A stretch of DNA of 63,254 bases, the filler included, from Octopus bimaculoides (lineage: Eukaryota), in NCBI RefSeq assembly GCF_001194135.2. It is 6 parts of 6 records of this genome, joined end to end, with 100 filler letters (N's around TTAATTAATTAA, not from the genome) between each part and the next. Parts side by side here need not be neighbours in the genome. Positions count along the whole stretch, not along the records: positions 1 to 23,889 come from NC_068992.1; positions 23,990 to 47,961 come from NC_069004.1; 4 more parts are not named here. One strand, written 5' to 3'. A model generated the notes under the pieces. The model had not been told where the DNA came from. It was given only the letters and a program-made list of their open reading frames with translations, and searched no databases. The position numbers were made by a program, and so were the translations under genes. Below, in pieces: positions 13,111 through 24,460 of the stretch (within the stretch, counting starts at the first letter, position 1; the number at the start of each line of letters is the position of its first letter).

Positions 13111-13150
13111 ACTACGACAAGTGTTTCGACCTGTTCTGGGTCTCTTCGGG
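13111..13150 (-). ncRNA. Hammerhead-like motif (type I, CCGAAGA core), truncated by the gap
   Basis: C-CCGAAGA-GACC-cagaaca-GGTC-GAAAC-actt-GTC-gtagt. Stem II is a perfect 4 bp and the cleavage triplet is GUC. Confidence 0.55.
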
Positions 13151-13981
13151 NNNNNNNNNNNNNNNNNNNNNNNNNNNNNNNNNNNNNNNNNNNNNNNNNN
13201 NNNNNNNNNNNNNNNNNNNNNNNNNNNNNNNNNNNNNNNNNNNNNNNNNNNNNNNNNNNNNNNNNNNNNNNNNNNNNNNNNNNNNNNNNNNNNNNNNNNN
13301 NNNNNNNNNNNNNNNNNNNNNNNNNNNNNNNNNNNNNNNNNNNNNNNNNNNNNNNNNNNNNNNNNNNNNNNNNNNNNNNNNNNNNNNNNNNNNNNNNNNN
13401 NNNNNNNNNNNNNNNNNNNNNNNNNNNNNNNNNNNNNNNNNNNNNNNNNNNNNNNNNNNNNNNNNNNNNNNNNNNNNNNNNNNNNNNNNNNNNNNNNNNN
13501 NNNNNNNNNNNNNNNNNNNNNNNNNNNNNNNNNNNNNNNNNNNNNNNNNNNNNNNNNNNNNNNNNNNNNNNNNNNNNNNNNNNNNNNNNNNNNNNNNNNN
13601 NNNNNNNNNNNNNNNNNNNNNNNNNNNNNNNNNNNNNNNNNNNNNNNNNNNNNNNNNNNNNNNNNNNNNNNNNNNNNNNNNNNNNNNNNNNNNNNNNNNN
13701 NNNNNNNNNNNNNNNNNNNNNNNNNNNNNNNNNNNNNNNNNNNNNNNNNNNNNNNNNNNNNNNNNNNNNNNNNNNNNNNNNNNNNNNNNNNNNNNNNNNN
13801 NNNNNNNNNNNNNNNNNNNNNNNNNNNNNNNNNNNNNNNNNNNNNNNNNNNNNNNNNNNNNNNNNNNNNNNNNNNNNNNNNNNNNNNNNNNNNNNNNNNN
13901 NNNNNNNNNNNNNNNNNNNNNNNNNNNNNNNNNNNNNNNNNNNNNNNNNNNNNNNNNNNNNNNNNNNNNNNNNNNNNNNNN

Positions 13982-14039
<58 letters not shown>

Positions 14040-14344
14040 TGTGTCTGTGTGAGTCTGTGTGTGTGTCTGTGTGAGTGTATATGCGTACGCGTGAGGATAG
14101 CCATCATCCTCTCTCCAAGGTATATAGTCCCAAAACGGCTGTTCAGACACAAAATAACATAAAAACGCTTTTTTTCGCACGAAAGACTTGCAGTGTCCCG
14201 GAACGCCCAGCCGCTCAAATTCATTTTGTTTATTATGATTGTCGCTTTTGTGATCTTCAACCAAAATTCAGGGGTAAAACGTTACAACATGGCACGCCTG
14301 CCTCTGATTTTTTTCCCATGCAGTTAAAAACATGCCAAACTTGG

Positions 14345-14505
14345 AAGCAAGGTGTCACATGATAAGTGACACGTGATTTAATGGGAGTGGGGAGGAACAA
14401 GTGTTAATGACGGGAGCATCCAATCAGTTACTGAAACGGATTTCGAAATACGACTTTAACAACCGCTACGGGATTGTTTTTGCGATCACGTGCCACCTTT
14501 GATGT
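14345..14505. promoter_or_regulatory. Candidate enhancer: dense cluster of TF-like motifs in unique sequence
   Basis: Palindrome GTGTCAC-atgataa-GTGACAC (14352-72), GATAAG, CACGTG at 14370 and 14487, TTAATGG, CCAATCAG, and CCTTTGATG at 14496. Confidence 0.3.
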
Positions 14506-14612
14506 GAATTTAACTGCATATTTTAAACTGTATATGAAAAAATCTAGTTGCGGACGTAGGATACAACATTTAGTTCCTATGACATCATATCCGGACCCTA
14601 TCATATGATGCT

Positions 14613-15146
14613 AGATCCCTTCGGTCATGACCATGGGATTGCACATAAAATTTCCCTCCGAGGCACAAGTCTGGGCATTGTTATTTATAGAAGACCAGCA
14701 GTTGCCCATACATACCAGCCTCTCCTCTCCATACCACCGATGTTATCCAAGAGGAAAGGCAAAGGTCGATACAGCTTGGCGCCAATGATGTCACAACTCA
14801 TTTCTACAGCTGAGTAAACTGGAGCAACGTGAAATAAAGTGTCTTGCTCAAGAACACAACACACAGCCTGGTCCGGGAATATATAGGGTAAAGACCTCCT
14901 TTGGTCATGAATGACCATGGGATTATACCTAAAAAGTTATCCTCCGAGGCACAAGACCAAGCAAGGTTGTTTATGGATGACCAGTGTACCAGCCTTCCCT
15001 CGCAAGTCATTTTTACAGATGAGTGAACTGGAGCAACATAAAATAAAGTGTCTTGCTCAAGAACACAGCACACAGCCTGGTCCGGGCATTGAACTCGCTT
15101 ACCTCATGATCGTGAGCCCGACGCTCTAATCACAGAGCCATGCGCC
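14613..15146 (-). mobile_element. Two tandem SINE family C copies (CORE-like)
   Basis: Copies at 14613-14880 and 14890-15146 both contain TGAACTGGAGCAAC(G/A)TGAAATAAAGTGTCTTGCTCAAGAACAC-type sequence. The second includes the full tRNA head. Confidence 0.85.
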
Positions 15147-15372
15147 TTCACCAGAGTTTATATGTGTTTATAAATAAGAACTTTTACAGCAATTTCAGGC
15201 ACTTGTTCAGGATTTGTTAGAGATGTCACAATAATGCTGCTGGTCTTTGGTTGGTTGGTCCAAGACTGTAGAAAACTTGTATGAACATATCTAGAATGAT
15301 ATTTTTGTGTACACTTTTACTTCTTGCTTGGTATAAATACAAACTGTAGAATTTCGTTTCTGAATACACTTG

Positions 15373-15430
15373 CAACAAACTTGTTGATCAAATATAACAA
15401 CAAACTTGTTGATCAAATATAACAACAAAC
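15373..15430. repeat. 25-bp tandem duplication
   Basis: CAACAAACTTGTTGATCAAATATAA at 15373 and 15398, with a partial copy at 15423. Confidence 0.9.
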
Positions 15431-15664
15431 TTTTTGCTTGTATTGTATAACAACTTTCGGAAAACAAATCTCTTAAAATATCACAACAAACTTTCTATAT
15501 TCTATAATATAGCTGCAAAACAACACTTAAAATGTGGCAAAAAACTTATATGTTTGGTATAATAGAACTGTATTGAAACACATCAAACTTATTCTTTGAA
15601 CATATTACTTCTTGCCCATAAAAATTGCAGTATTCTCTTTATCTAGTTTGCTGTGTCGTGCGTT

Positions 15665-16990
15665 ATAATGATTATTTAGCGGAATATATTCCGTCTTTAG
15701 GTTTTGTGTTCAAATTCTGCCTAGGTCAGTCTTACCTTTCATTCTTTCGGTGTTAATAAAAGTATCAGACAATTACTGGGATCGATGTAATCAACTAGAC
15801 CCCCTCCACTTAAATTTCAAGCCCTGCATCAATCGTAGAGAAGATTATTATTACTATATTTGCTATTATTTATGTCCAAGGTTTACTTTTAAAGCTTACT
15901 GACTTCATTTTCATAAACTTAGTCCTTATCAAGATATTGATTTGAATAGAGAGCTTCGTTTTTTTTTGTTTCCCAGTTCTCGCGTCATTTGATTTATTTT
16001 ACGTGGCATTATTTATCCAGATCAAGGCAGCGGGCTGGCAGAATCGTTAGCACTTCGGGAGAAATGCTTAGCGGTACTTCGTCTGTCTTTACGTTCTGAC
16101 TTCAAATTCCGCCGAGATCGACTTTGCCTTTCACCCCTTCGGGGTCGATAAATTAAGTACCAGTTACATACTGGGGTCGATCTAATCGATTGGCCCCTTC
16201 TCCCAAAATTTAAGTCCTTGTGCCTATAGTAGAAAGGATCATTTAGCCAGATCAAGGTGGCAAACTGGCAGAATCGGTAGTGCGTCGGACAAAATGCTTA
16301 GTGGCATTTCCTCCAGCTTTTTACGTTCTGAGTTCAAGCTGCGCCGAGGTCGACTCTGCCTTTCATCAATAAAAAAGTACTATTTGATCACGGGTCTACA
16401 TAACCAAAGTTCCCGTCCCTTAGTCTAGCAGGTGCTAAAATTAGAAAGAATTATTTGTTCATATAACTGATGAAATCGTCAACACCGATTGTACATCATT
16501 TGAATTCTGGTAGATGTCTTGTATTATTCTTTTCTACTCTAGGCACAAGACCCGAAATTTTTGGGGAGTGGGTTGGCCGATTAGCTCGACCTCCAATACG
16601 CAACTGGTACTTAATTTATCGACCCTGAAAGGATGAATTGACAAGGTCGATCTCGGTGGAATTTGAACTCAAAACGTAAAGACACACGAAATATTGCTAA
16701 GCATTTCGCCCGTCATGCTAACGTTTCTTCCACCTCGCCACCTTCGATGTTTGGCATTATTACGTGTTGTACGAGGCGACCAGCTCGCAGAATTTTTGGC
16801 ACCTAAAATTCTTAGCGGAAGTTTTTTCAACTTTGTTTTGACTTCAAATGCCTCCGAGGCTGACTTTACCTTTCATCCGTTCGGGGTCAATAAAACTAGT
16901 ACCAGTGAAGCACTAGCATCGATGTAATCGGCTAGACTCCAACCCACGCTGCCGAAACTGTCTTGAGCCAAAATTTGAAACCATTATTAT
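15665..16990. mobile_element. Cluster of five SINE family B copies: + (~15665-15850), + (16024-16240), + (16254-16450), - (16522-16743), + (16773-16990)
   Basis: Each contains the GTTC(T/A)(G/A)A...GGTC(G/A)A(C/T)...TTTGCC(T)TTCA...TTTCGG(G)GT...ATAAA...GTA central block or its reverse complement. Confidence 0.85.
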
Positions 16991-17024
16991 ATGCTGTGTC
17001 TGTGCTTTGAGTTTGGTCACTTAT

Positions 17025-17430
17025 TTACTCTTTACTCTTTTACTCTTTTACTTGTTTCAGTCATTTCACTGCGGCCATGCAGGAGCACCACCTTTAGTCG
17101 AGCAAATCGACCCCATGACTTATTCTTTATAAGCCTAGTACTTATTCTATCGGTCTCTTTTGCCGAATCGCTAATTTACGGGGACGTAAACACACCAGCA
17201 TCGGTTGTCAAGCGAAGTTGGAGGGACAAACACAGATACACAAACACACACACACACACACACGTATATATATACATACATACGACGGACTTCTTTCAGT
17301 TTCCGTGTATCAAATCCACTCACAAGGCTTTGGTCGGCCCGAGGCTATAGTAGAAGACACTCGCCCAAGGTGCCACGCAGTGGGACTGAAACAAGGACCA
17401 TGTGGTTGGTAAGCAAGCTACTTACCACAT
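17025..17430 (-). mobile_element. Near full-length SINE family A with internal microsatellite
   Basis: tRNA-like head, internal (TA)/(TG) tract, and a tail ending ...GAAACAAGTAAAAGAGTAAAAGAGTAAAGAG. Confidence 0.9.
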
Positions 17431-18029
17431 GGAATTCTAATCGAAACTTTAGTGCTGTCAACTAATGTCGTATATCGAATTCTATTTTGTGTCGTATTTT
17501 TATTTTATGTATTGTAATGTCATGTGTTACGCTGGCACCTTGCTCTAAGTGCATGTTCAACAGACAAGAAAGTTTTGTGTTTGTGTAACCAATTCCAATG
17601 TATAACTACCTTTAAATCATGCAATTTCTACCTTTCATGTTTACATTGAAGTTTCTATATTACACTACTTCAAGTACATTCTCTAATTTACTTCTCTGTA
17701 ATTACATGCTGATGCGGAGGCTGTTTTATTTTCATGTTTCCTAATGTGTTCATACTATGATTTTCTGTGACTTTGTGTGATTTTGTGCAATACAGGTAAC
17801 ATTCTGTTTTATTCGTTTCGTAACGAGGTATTCGTCAGTTCTCTAACAACGGTCCATCTGCTTTTTGTCGTATTAGATATGTGGCGGTTTGTGCATTTTA
17901 ATGGAAGTCGAAATTATTGCAAATGTGTGGGTTTATTTGTTCATGTACAGTTCTCAGATCTGTCCTATGAAAGTATTTTTAATGTATTTACTAAGTTTAA
18001 GTCAGTACATAAGATTTTGATACTTAAAG

Positions 18030-18158
18030 CTTCTTTTGGTCGGCCCGAGGTTATAGTAGAAGACACTTGCCCAAGGTGCCGCGAAGTGGGGCCGAACCCA
18101 GAACCGTGTGGTTGGTAAGCAGCCGTGGCAGTGTGGTAAGAAGCTATTCTTACCACAC
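18030..18158 (-). mobile_element. SINE family A head with a short internal duplication
   Basis: Matches the family A head (GGCACTTGGGCAAGTGTCTTCTACTATA-type sequence). Confidence 0.75.
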
Positions 18159-18727
18159 NNNNNNNNNNNNNNNNNNNNNNNNNNNNNNNNNNNNNNNNNN
18201 NNNNNNNNNNNNNNNNNNNNNNNNNNNNNNNNNNNNNNNNNNNNNNNNNNNNNNNNNNNNNNNNNNNNNNNNNNNNNNNNNNNNNNNNNNNNNNNNNNNN
18301 NNNNNNNNNNNNNNNNNNNNNNNNNNNNNNNNNNNNNNNNNNNNNNNNNNNNNNNNNNNNNNNNNNNNNNNNNNNNNNNNNNNNNNNNNNNNNNNNNNNN
18401 NNNNNNNNNNNNNNNNNNNNNNNNNNNNNNNNNNNNNNNNNNNNNNNNNNNNNNNNNNNNNNNNNNNNNNNNNNNNNNNNNNNNNNNNNNNNNNNNNNNN
18501 NNNNNNNNNNNNNNNNNNNNNNNNNNNNNNNNNNNNNNNNNNNNNNNNNNNNNNNNNNNNNNNNNNNNNNNNNNNNNNNNNNNNNNNNNNNNNNNNNNNN
18601 NNNNNNNNNNNNNNNNNNNNNNNNNNNNNNNNNNNNNNNNNNNNNNNNNNNNNNNNNNNNNNNNNNNNNNTATATATATGTGTCATAAGTTTTGGTGCGC
18701 ACGCACACACAACACTCAGACACGCAC

Positions 18728-18997
18728 ACAGAGTTTAGGATGTTGCACTCACGAACGTGGGTTTGATTCTCGGATGAGGCAACACGTCATGTTCTTGAAC
18801 AATACACTTCATTTCGCGTTGCTGCTATCCACTCAGCTGCAAATGAATAAACTGGCGACGAACTCACTTCCTGATCGGTGTTCATGTTGGCCTCCTCATC
18901 AAGCCGGCGGGGATGACATAGTTCAAAGGCTAAAAAACAATGCGAAGCGCATTGTGACCAGCGATGCGATACAACGTCCGATAGTCTTGTTGATGCT
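18728..18997 (+). mobile_element. CORE-like SINE with a variant tail (same type as 48575-48830)
   Basis: GTTCTTGA...CACTTCATT... core and AAAGGCTAAAA...ATGC(G/A)AAGCGCATTGTGAC tail, present in both copies. Confidence 0.7.
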
Positions 18998-19000
18998 GTG

Positions 19001-19060
<60 letters not shown>

Positions 19061-19485
19061 GTTCAGTGTTATAAGGGATACAGGACATTTTCCATCCTAA
19101 CAGTATATGTGCGTGTATGTATGTGTGTATGTGCCTGTGTGTGCGTGTGTGAGTGTGTGTGCGTGCGTACTGCCAGTGTGGGTTCTGTGATACTATTATA
19201 CGTCTCTTGTGAAATTTCAAAGTCTGGTATCTACCTTGGCCACCCACCTTCTTGGCCATTGTGACGCAAAGTAACACACCTAGCTTGGCTATAGTGCTCC
19301 ACTTCATAGATGACAATTTTTCATTGGCTATTCCATATTCGTTTCAAGGGAGAGAAGTCTTGATGCAAATCTTCTGCGCATTTATCGGTTTATTCTTGTT
19401 ATTCGCTAAGATATATTGCTAAACGATATTTCATTTTGCTCTTTCTATTTACAATAGTTTAATTTTGTTTTTAATCTCGCATTTA

Positions 19486-19530
19486 TCACAGACAACCTGT
19501 TTCGGAAACGCCATTTCCGCATCGGTGTGA
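19486..19530 (-). ncRNA. Complete type I hammerhead-like fold with a variant core
   Basis: TCACA-CCGATGC-GGAAA-tggcg-TTTCC-GAAA-CA-ggt-TG-TC-TGTGA. Stem I is 5 bp, stem II is 5 bp, stem III is ACA/TGT, and the triplet is GUC. Confidence 0.55.
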
Positions 19531-20590
19531 CGTGATGCAGAGGATTAAAGAATATAAAAATAGTTGAAAGAGTTCCTGAAAAGGAGATAAGAACACTTGA
19601 AAAGATTCACGTATTTTCTTCTTTTCGTTTTTTGTTGGTATTTAAAAAAAAAACCAAACAATAGTATTTAAAAACATTTGAAAAATATTTAGAAAAAAAC
19701 ATGATAGAAATCTTGGTTCATTGCAAATCAGATAGACAGATTTACCTACAGATTTCATATTGTTTTATGAATTAGGACNNNNNNNNNNNNNNNNNNNNNN
19801 NNNNNNNNNNNNNNNNNNNNNNNNNNNNNNNNNNNNNNNNNNNNNNNNNNNNNNNNNNNNNNNNNNNNNNNNNNNNNNNNNNNNNNNNNNNNNNNNNNNN
19901 NNNNNNNNNNNNNNNNNNNNNNNNNNNNNNNNNNNNNNNNNNNNNNNNNNNNNNNNNNNNNNNNNNNNNNNNNNNNNNNNNNNNNNNNNNNNNNNNNNNN
20001 NNNNNNNNNNNNNNNNNNNNNNNNNNNNNNNNNNNNNNNNNNNNNNNNNNNNNNNNNNNNNNNNNNNNNNNNNNNNNNNNNNNNNNNNNNNNNNNNNNNN
20101 NNNNNNNNNNNNNNNNNNNNNNNNNNNNNNNNNNNNNNNNNNNNNNNNNNNNNNNNNNNNNNNNNNNNNNNNNNNNNNNNNNNNNNNNNNNNNNNNNNNN
20201 NNNNNNNNNNNNNNNNNNNNNNNNNNNNNNNNNNNNNNNNNNNNNNNNNNNNNNNNNNNNNNNNNNNNNNNNNNNNNNNNNNNNNNNNNNNNNNNNNNNN
20301 NNNNNNNNNNNNNNNNNNNNNNNNNNNNNNNNNNNNNNNNNNNNNNNNNNNNNNNNNNNNNNNNNNNNNNNNNNNNNNNNNNNNNNNNNNNNNNNNNNNN
20401 NNNNNNNNNNNNNNNNNNNNNNNNNNNNNNNNNNNNNNNNNNNNNNNNNNNNNNNNNNNNNNNNNNNNNNNNNNNNNNNNNNNNNNNNNNNNNNNNNNNN
20501 NNNNNNNNNNNNNNNNNNNNNNNNNNNNNNNNNNNNNNNNNNNNNNNNNNNNNNNNNNNNNNNNNNNNNNNNNNNNNNNNNNNNNNNNNN

Positions 20591-20652
<62 letters not shown>

Positions 20653-20689
20653 TGTATGTATATTATATAAAATCACATAGCTGACAAGG

Positions 20690-21060
20690 ATTTCAACGTT
20701 TCGGTCAGTTAAGCCATCGTCGGAGTGCAATGTATTAGAATTAATCTTGGCTTTATAGAGTGTCTGTTGGAGTAAAGTCTTCTGTGAGTATATTAGTTTG
20801 AGTGGAGTGGCAATTAGATTTCAGAGTGGGTTGTTATGGAGAGGAGTTTTATTATGGACCGGTGATTTTATTGACCAGATTTGAAGTTCTGTTCGTATTT
20901 CGAATTTAAGCAAGCGTTTATGCAAATGTGTAAGCAAATATGTATGTGTAGGTGTTTCCAGTTGTTAGGTAGGCACGGGTTGTGTTCGTTGTTTAGAGTT
21001 TTACGGAGAGTATCATCATGTTGCAATTATAACATACTCGTCTGAAGAACTGATGTCAAT
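20690..21060 (-). mobile_element. Probable PLE 3' relic ending in a hammerhead-like motif
   Basis: Minus strand reads CCGACGA-tggcttaactgacc-GAAACGTT at 20723-20695. The upstream sequence is degenerate. Confidence 0.4.
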
Positions 21061-21218
21061 TAGCAGTCAATTGTTCCACTGGCACTATAAACATCTTCTG
21101 CAGAGAATAGAAATGGCCACAATTGCGAAACATGCGTAGAGAACAAACGGTGCAAACTGCGTTTTGTGCTTATCACACTTTTCCGTATGCATCTATATCT
21201 CTACATCTATCAAGTAAA

Positions 21219-21540
21219 GGGACATGCCTCAGTGGTTACAGCGTCGGGCTACAATCAAGTGGGAGTGAGTTCGATTCCTGAACTGGGCTGTGCTCTTGAG
21301 CAAGACACTTTATTTCACGTTGCTCCAGTTTACTCAGCTGTAGAAATGTCTTGCGACGTCACTGGTGCCAAGCTGTATCAGCCTTTGCCTTTCATTTGGA
21401 TAACACTGGTGGCATGGAGAGGGGGGGCGGTATACATGGGTGACTGCTGATCTCCCATAAAACGACCTTGCCCAGACTTGTGCCTCAGAGTGTGACTTTC
21501 TAGGTGCAATCTCATGGTCATACATGAGCCAAGGGATTCA
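21219..21540 (+). mobile_element. Full-length SINE family C (CORE-like; probably octopus OR2-type)
   Basis: A box TGCCTCAGTGG, B box GAGTTCGATTCC, and CTTGAGCAAGACACTTTATTTCACGTTGCTCCAGTTTACTCAGCTGTAGAAATG resembling the CORE domain. Confidence 0.85.
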
Positions 21541-21557
21541 TTATCTTTTTCTATCTA

Positions 21558-21617
<60 letters not shown>

Positions 21618-22015
21618 NNNNNNNNNNNNNNNNNNNNNNNNNNNNNNNNNNNNNNNNNNNNNNNNNNNNNNNNNNNNNNNNNNNNNNNNNNNNNNNNNNN
21701 NNNNNNNNNNNNNNNNNNNNNNNNNNNNNNNNNNNNNNNNNNNNNNNNNNNNNNNNNNNNNNNNNNNNNNNNNNNNNNNNNNNNNNNNNNNNNNNNNNNN
21801 NNNNNNNNNNNNNNNNNNNNNNNNNNNNNNNNNNNNNNNNNNNNNNNNNNNNNNNNNNNNNNNNNNNNNNNNNNNNNNNNNNNNNNNNNNNNNNNNNNNN
21901 NNNNNNNNNNNNNNNNNNNNNNNNNNNNNNNNNNNNNNNNNNNNNNNNNNNNNNNNNNNNNNNNNNNNNNNNNNNNNNNNNNNNNNNNNNNNNNNNNNNN
22001 NNNNNNNNNNNNNNN

Positions 22016-22058
<43 letters not shown>

Positions 22059-23594
22059 ATAGTAGGTTGGAAAGAAAGGAAATGGAAACATATGCGCCAT
22101 TTTAGTTTCTATTTTCTTTTTATAGATACGTAATTCATCTGCAAGTAATCATGCGGCGCTTATCTCACCACAAATGCCACCACCCACACCACAACATCCG
22201 CAGGAAAGACTTTTTTTTCAAGCAATATTGGCACTTGATTACTTTAATCTTTCATAGCTTAGTCGGAGGAAGGGAAGGAGGGCGCGGAGGAGGAGGAAGA
22301 GGAGAAGTGGTGGTGGAAGAGAGGAGTGTGTTCACTTGACCTTTTGCAGGGTCTCTGTGATTAACGTGAGGTCAAAGGCTGCCTTAAGAAGAAAATACAC
22401 CAAGACCGATGTCTAATGACTGCAATGACTGTACCTTTGTTAAATGCTCAGAAGAGACAAATGATGACGTTAAAACCGCTGACAGATTAAGTATAACACT
22501 CAATTAGCTCATGACTATGTTATATCCTTTTATCCTCAACAGGAATTTTATAAATATTTTTATAAATATATTCTCCCACACTGTCCTCTCAAATAACTCC
22601 CATGGTTCATCTGAGCGGACGCTACTGCTGCACATATTGTGTACCTCCCCAACAACTTGTATCACCATGTGCCATAGATCTGATAAACGGGGGCTGATCA
22701 GTAAAATGATAATTAAATAAAGGAGCATGACGAGGCAGTACGTAGGGATTTTGAACAACTTGTCAAAAATGTACAATTTATTTACATCGTTGTTCAACTA
22801 GGCAGATGTTTGAATAAAGAGCGTTTGTTTCAGAAACAGAGTGAGGATAGTGATAATTTTCATCCTCCTCCTCATCATCATGGTCGTCGTCGTAGTCATC
22901 AACATCATCATATCATCATCATCTCCATCATCGTCATCGTCAACATCATCATCTTCACCATCGCCACCGCCACAAAAATACTACTACTACTACCACCACC
23001 TCAAATAACGCTACTAGTAACCCCACCGGGGCCGTCAGCATCACGAGCAGCAGCACCACCACCACCACTACCACCACCACCAAAACCACCACCACCACCA
23101 CCACCACCACCACCATTACTACGACCACCACCGCCCTNNNNNNNNNNNNNNNNNNNNNNNNNNNNNNNNNNNNNNNNNNNNNNNNNNNNNNNNNNNNNNN
23201 NNNNNNNNNNNNNNNNNNNNNNNNNNNNNNNNNNNNNNNNNNNNNNNNNNNNNNNNNNNNNNNNNNNNNNNNNNNNNNNNNNNNNNNNNNNNNNNNNNNN
23301 NNNNNNNNNNNNNNNNNNNNNNNNNNNNNNNNNNNNNNNNNNNNNNNNNNNNNNNNNNNNNNNNNNNNNNNNNNNNNNNNNNNNNNNNNNNNNNNNNNNN
23401 NNNNNNNNNNNNNNNNNNNNNNNNNNNNNNNNNNNNNNNNNNNNNNNNNNNNNNNNNNNNNNNNNNNNNNNNNNNNNNNNNNNNNNNNNNNNNNNNNNNN
23501 NNNNNNNNNNNNNNNNNNNNNNNNNNNNNNNNNNNNNNNNNNNNNNNNNNNNNNNNNNNNNNNNNNNNNNNNNNNNNNNNNNNNNNNNNNNNNN

Positions 23595-23827
23595 NTACTC
23601 TTTTACTTGTTTCAGTCATTTGACTGCGGCCATGCTGGAGCACCGCCTTTAGTCGGACAAATCGGCCCCAGGACTTATTCTTTGTAAGCCTAGTACTTAT
23701 GTTATCGGTCCATTTTGCCGAACCGCTAAAATACGGGGACATAAGCACACAAACATCGGTTGTCAAGTGATGGAGGGGGAGGAACAAACACAGACACACA
23801 AACAAAACACACACATACATACATACA

Positions 23828-23889
<62 letters not shown>

Positions 23890-24165
23890 NNNNNNNNNNN
23901 NNNNNNNNNNNNNNNNNNNNNNNNNNNNNNNNNTTAATTAATTAANNNNNNNNNNNNNNNNNNNNNNNNNNNNNNNNNNNNNNNNNNNNATATATATATA
24001 TATATATATACATATATAGGGGTTTCCACACAGTTTCTATCTACCAAATGAGCTCACAAGGCATTGGTCAGTCCGAGATTATAGCAGAAAAGACCTGCCC
24101 GAAGTTACGTGCAGTAGGATGGAACTCGGAACTACGCAGTTGCAAAGCGAGATGCCATGCCTGCT
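23595..24165 (-). mobile_element. SINE family A, split by microsatellite and scaffold linker
   Basis: Tail at 23595-23810 and head at ~24020-24165. Confidence 0.75.
23934..23945. other. Assembly linker TTAATTAATTAA between N runs (also at 48006, 56268, 58313 and 61616)
   Basis: The identical 12-mer, with stops in all six frames, is flanked by ~40-45 Ns at five places. Confidence 0.92.
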
Positions 24166-24289
24166 CCATTCCCCTCCCGCATGCCTGCCATGCCTGCTTC
24201 GTTCCTCTCCCCCAATTTCTTTTCAACTTTGTGACATCGTTACAGTATAGTCCTTAAACACATTAGTATCAAATTTTGGCACAAGGCAA

Positions 24290-24460
24290 GAAATCTTGAG
24301 GCTGTGGCTAGGTCTATTACATGGGCTTCAGTACTCAACTGGTACATGTTTTATCTACATCGAAAGGATGATAGATGAGATATAAACTCAGGACGTAAAA
24401 GACGGACGAAATGCCGCTAAGCATTTTTTGCCGGTGTGCTAACGATTATGGCAGCTCAGT
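24290..24460 (-). mobile_element. Degenerate SINE family B
   Basis: AACTCAGGACGTAAAAGACGGACGAAATGCCGCTAAGCATTT is the reverse complement of the B head. Confidence 0.7.

Noticed and set aside
22810-23137. His/Pro-rich ORF
   Set aside because: (CAT)/(CAC) microsatellite running into a gap.
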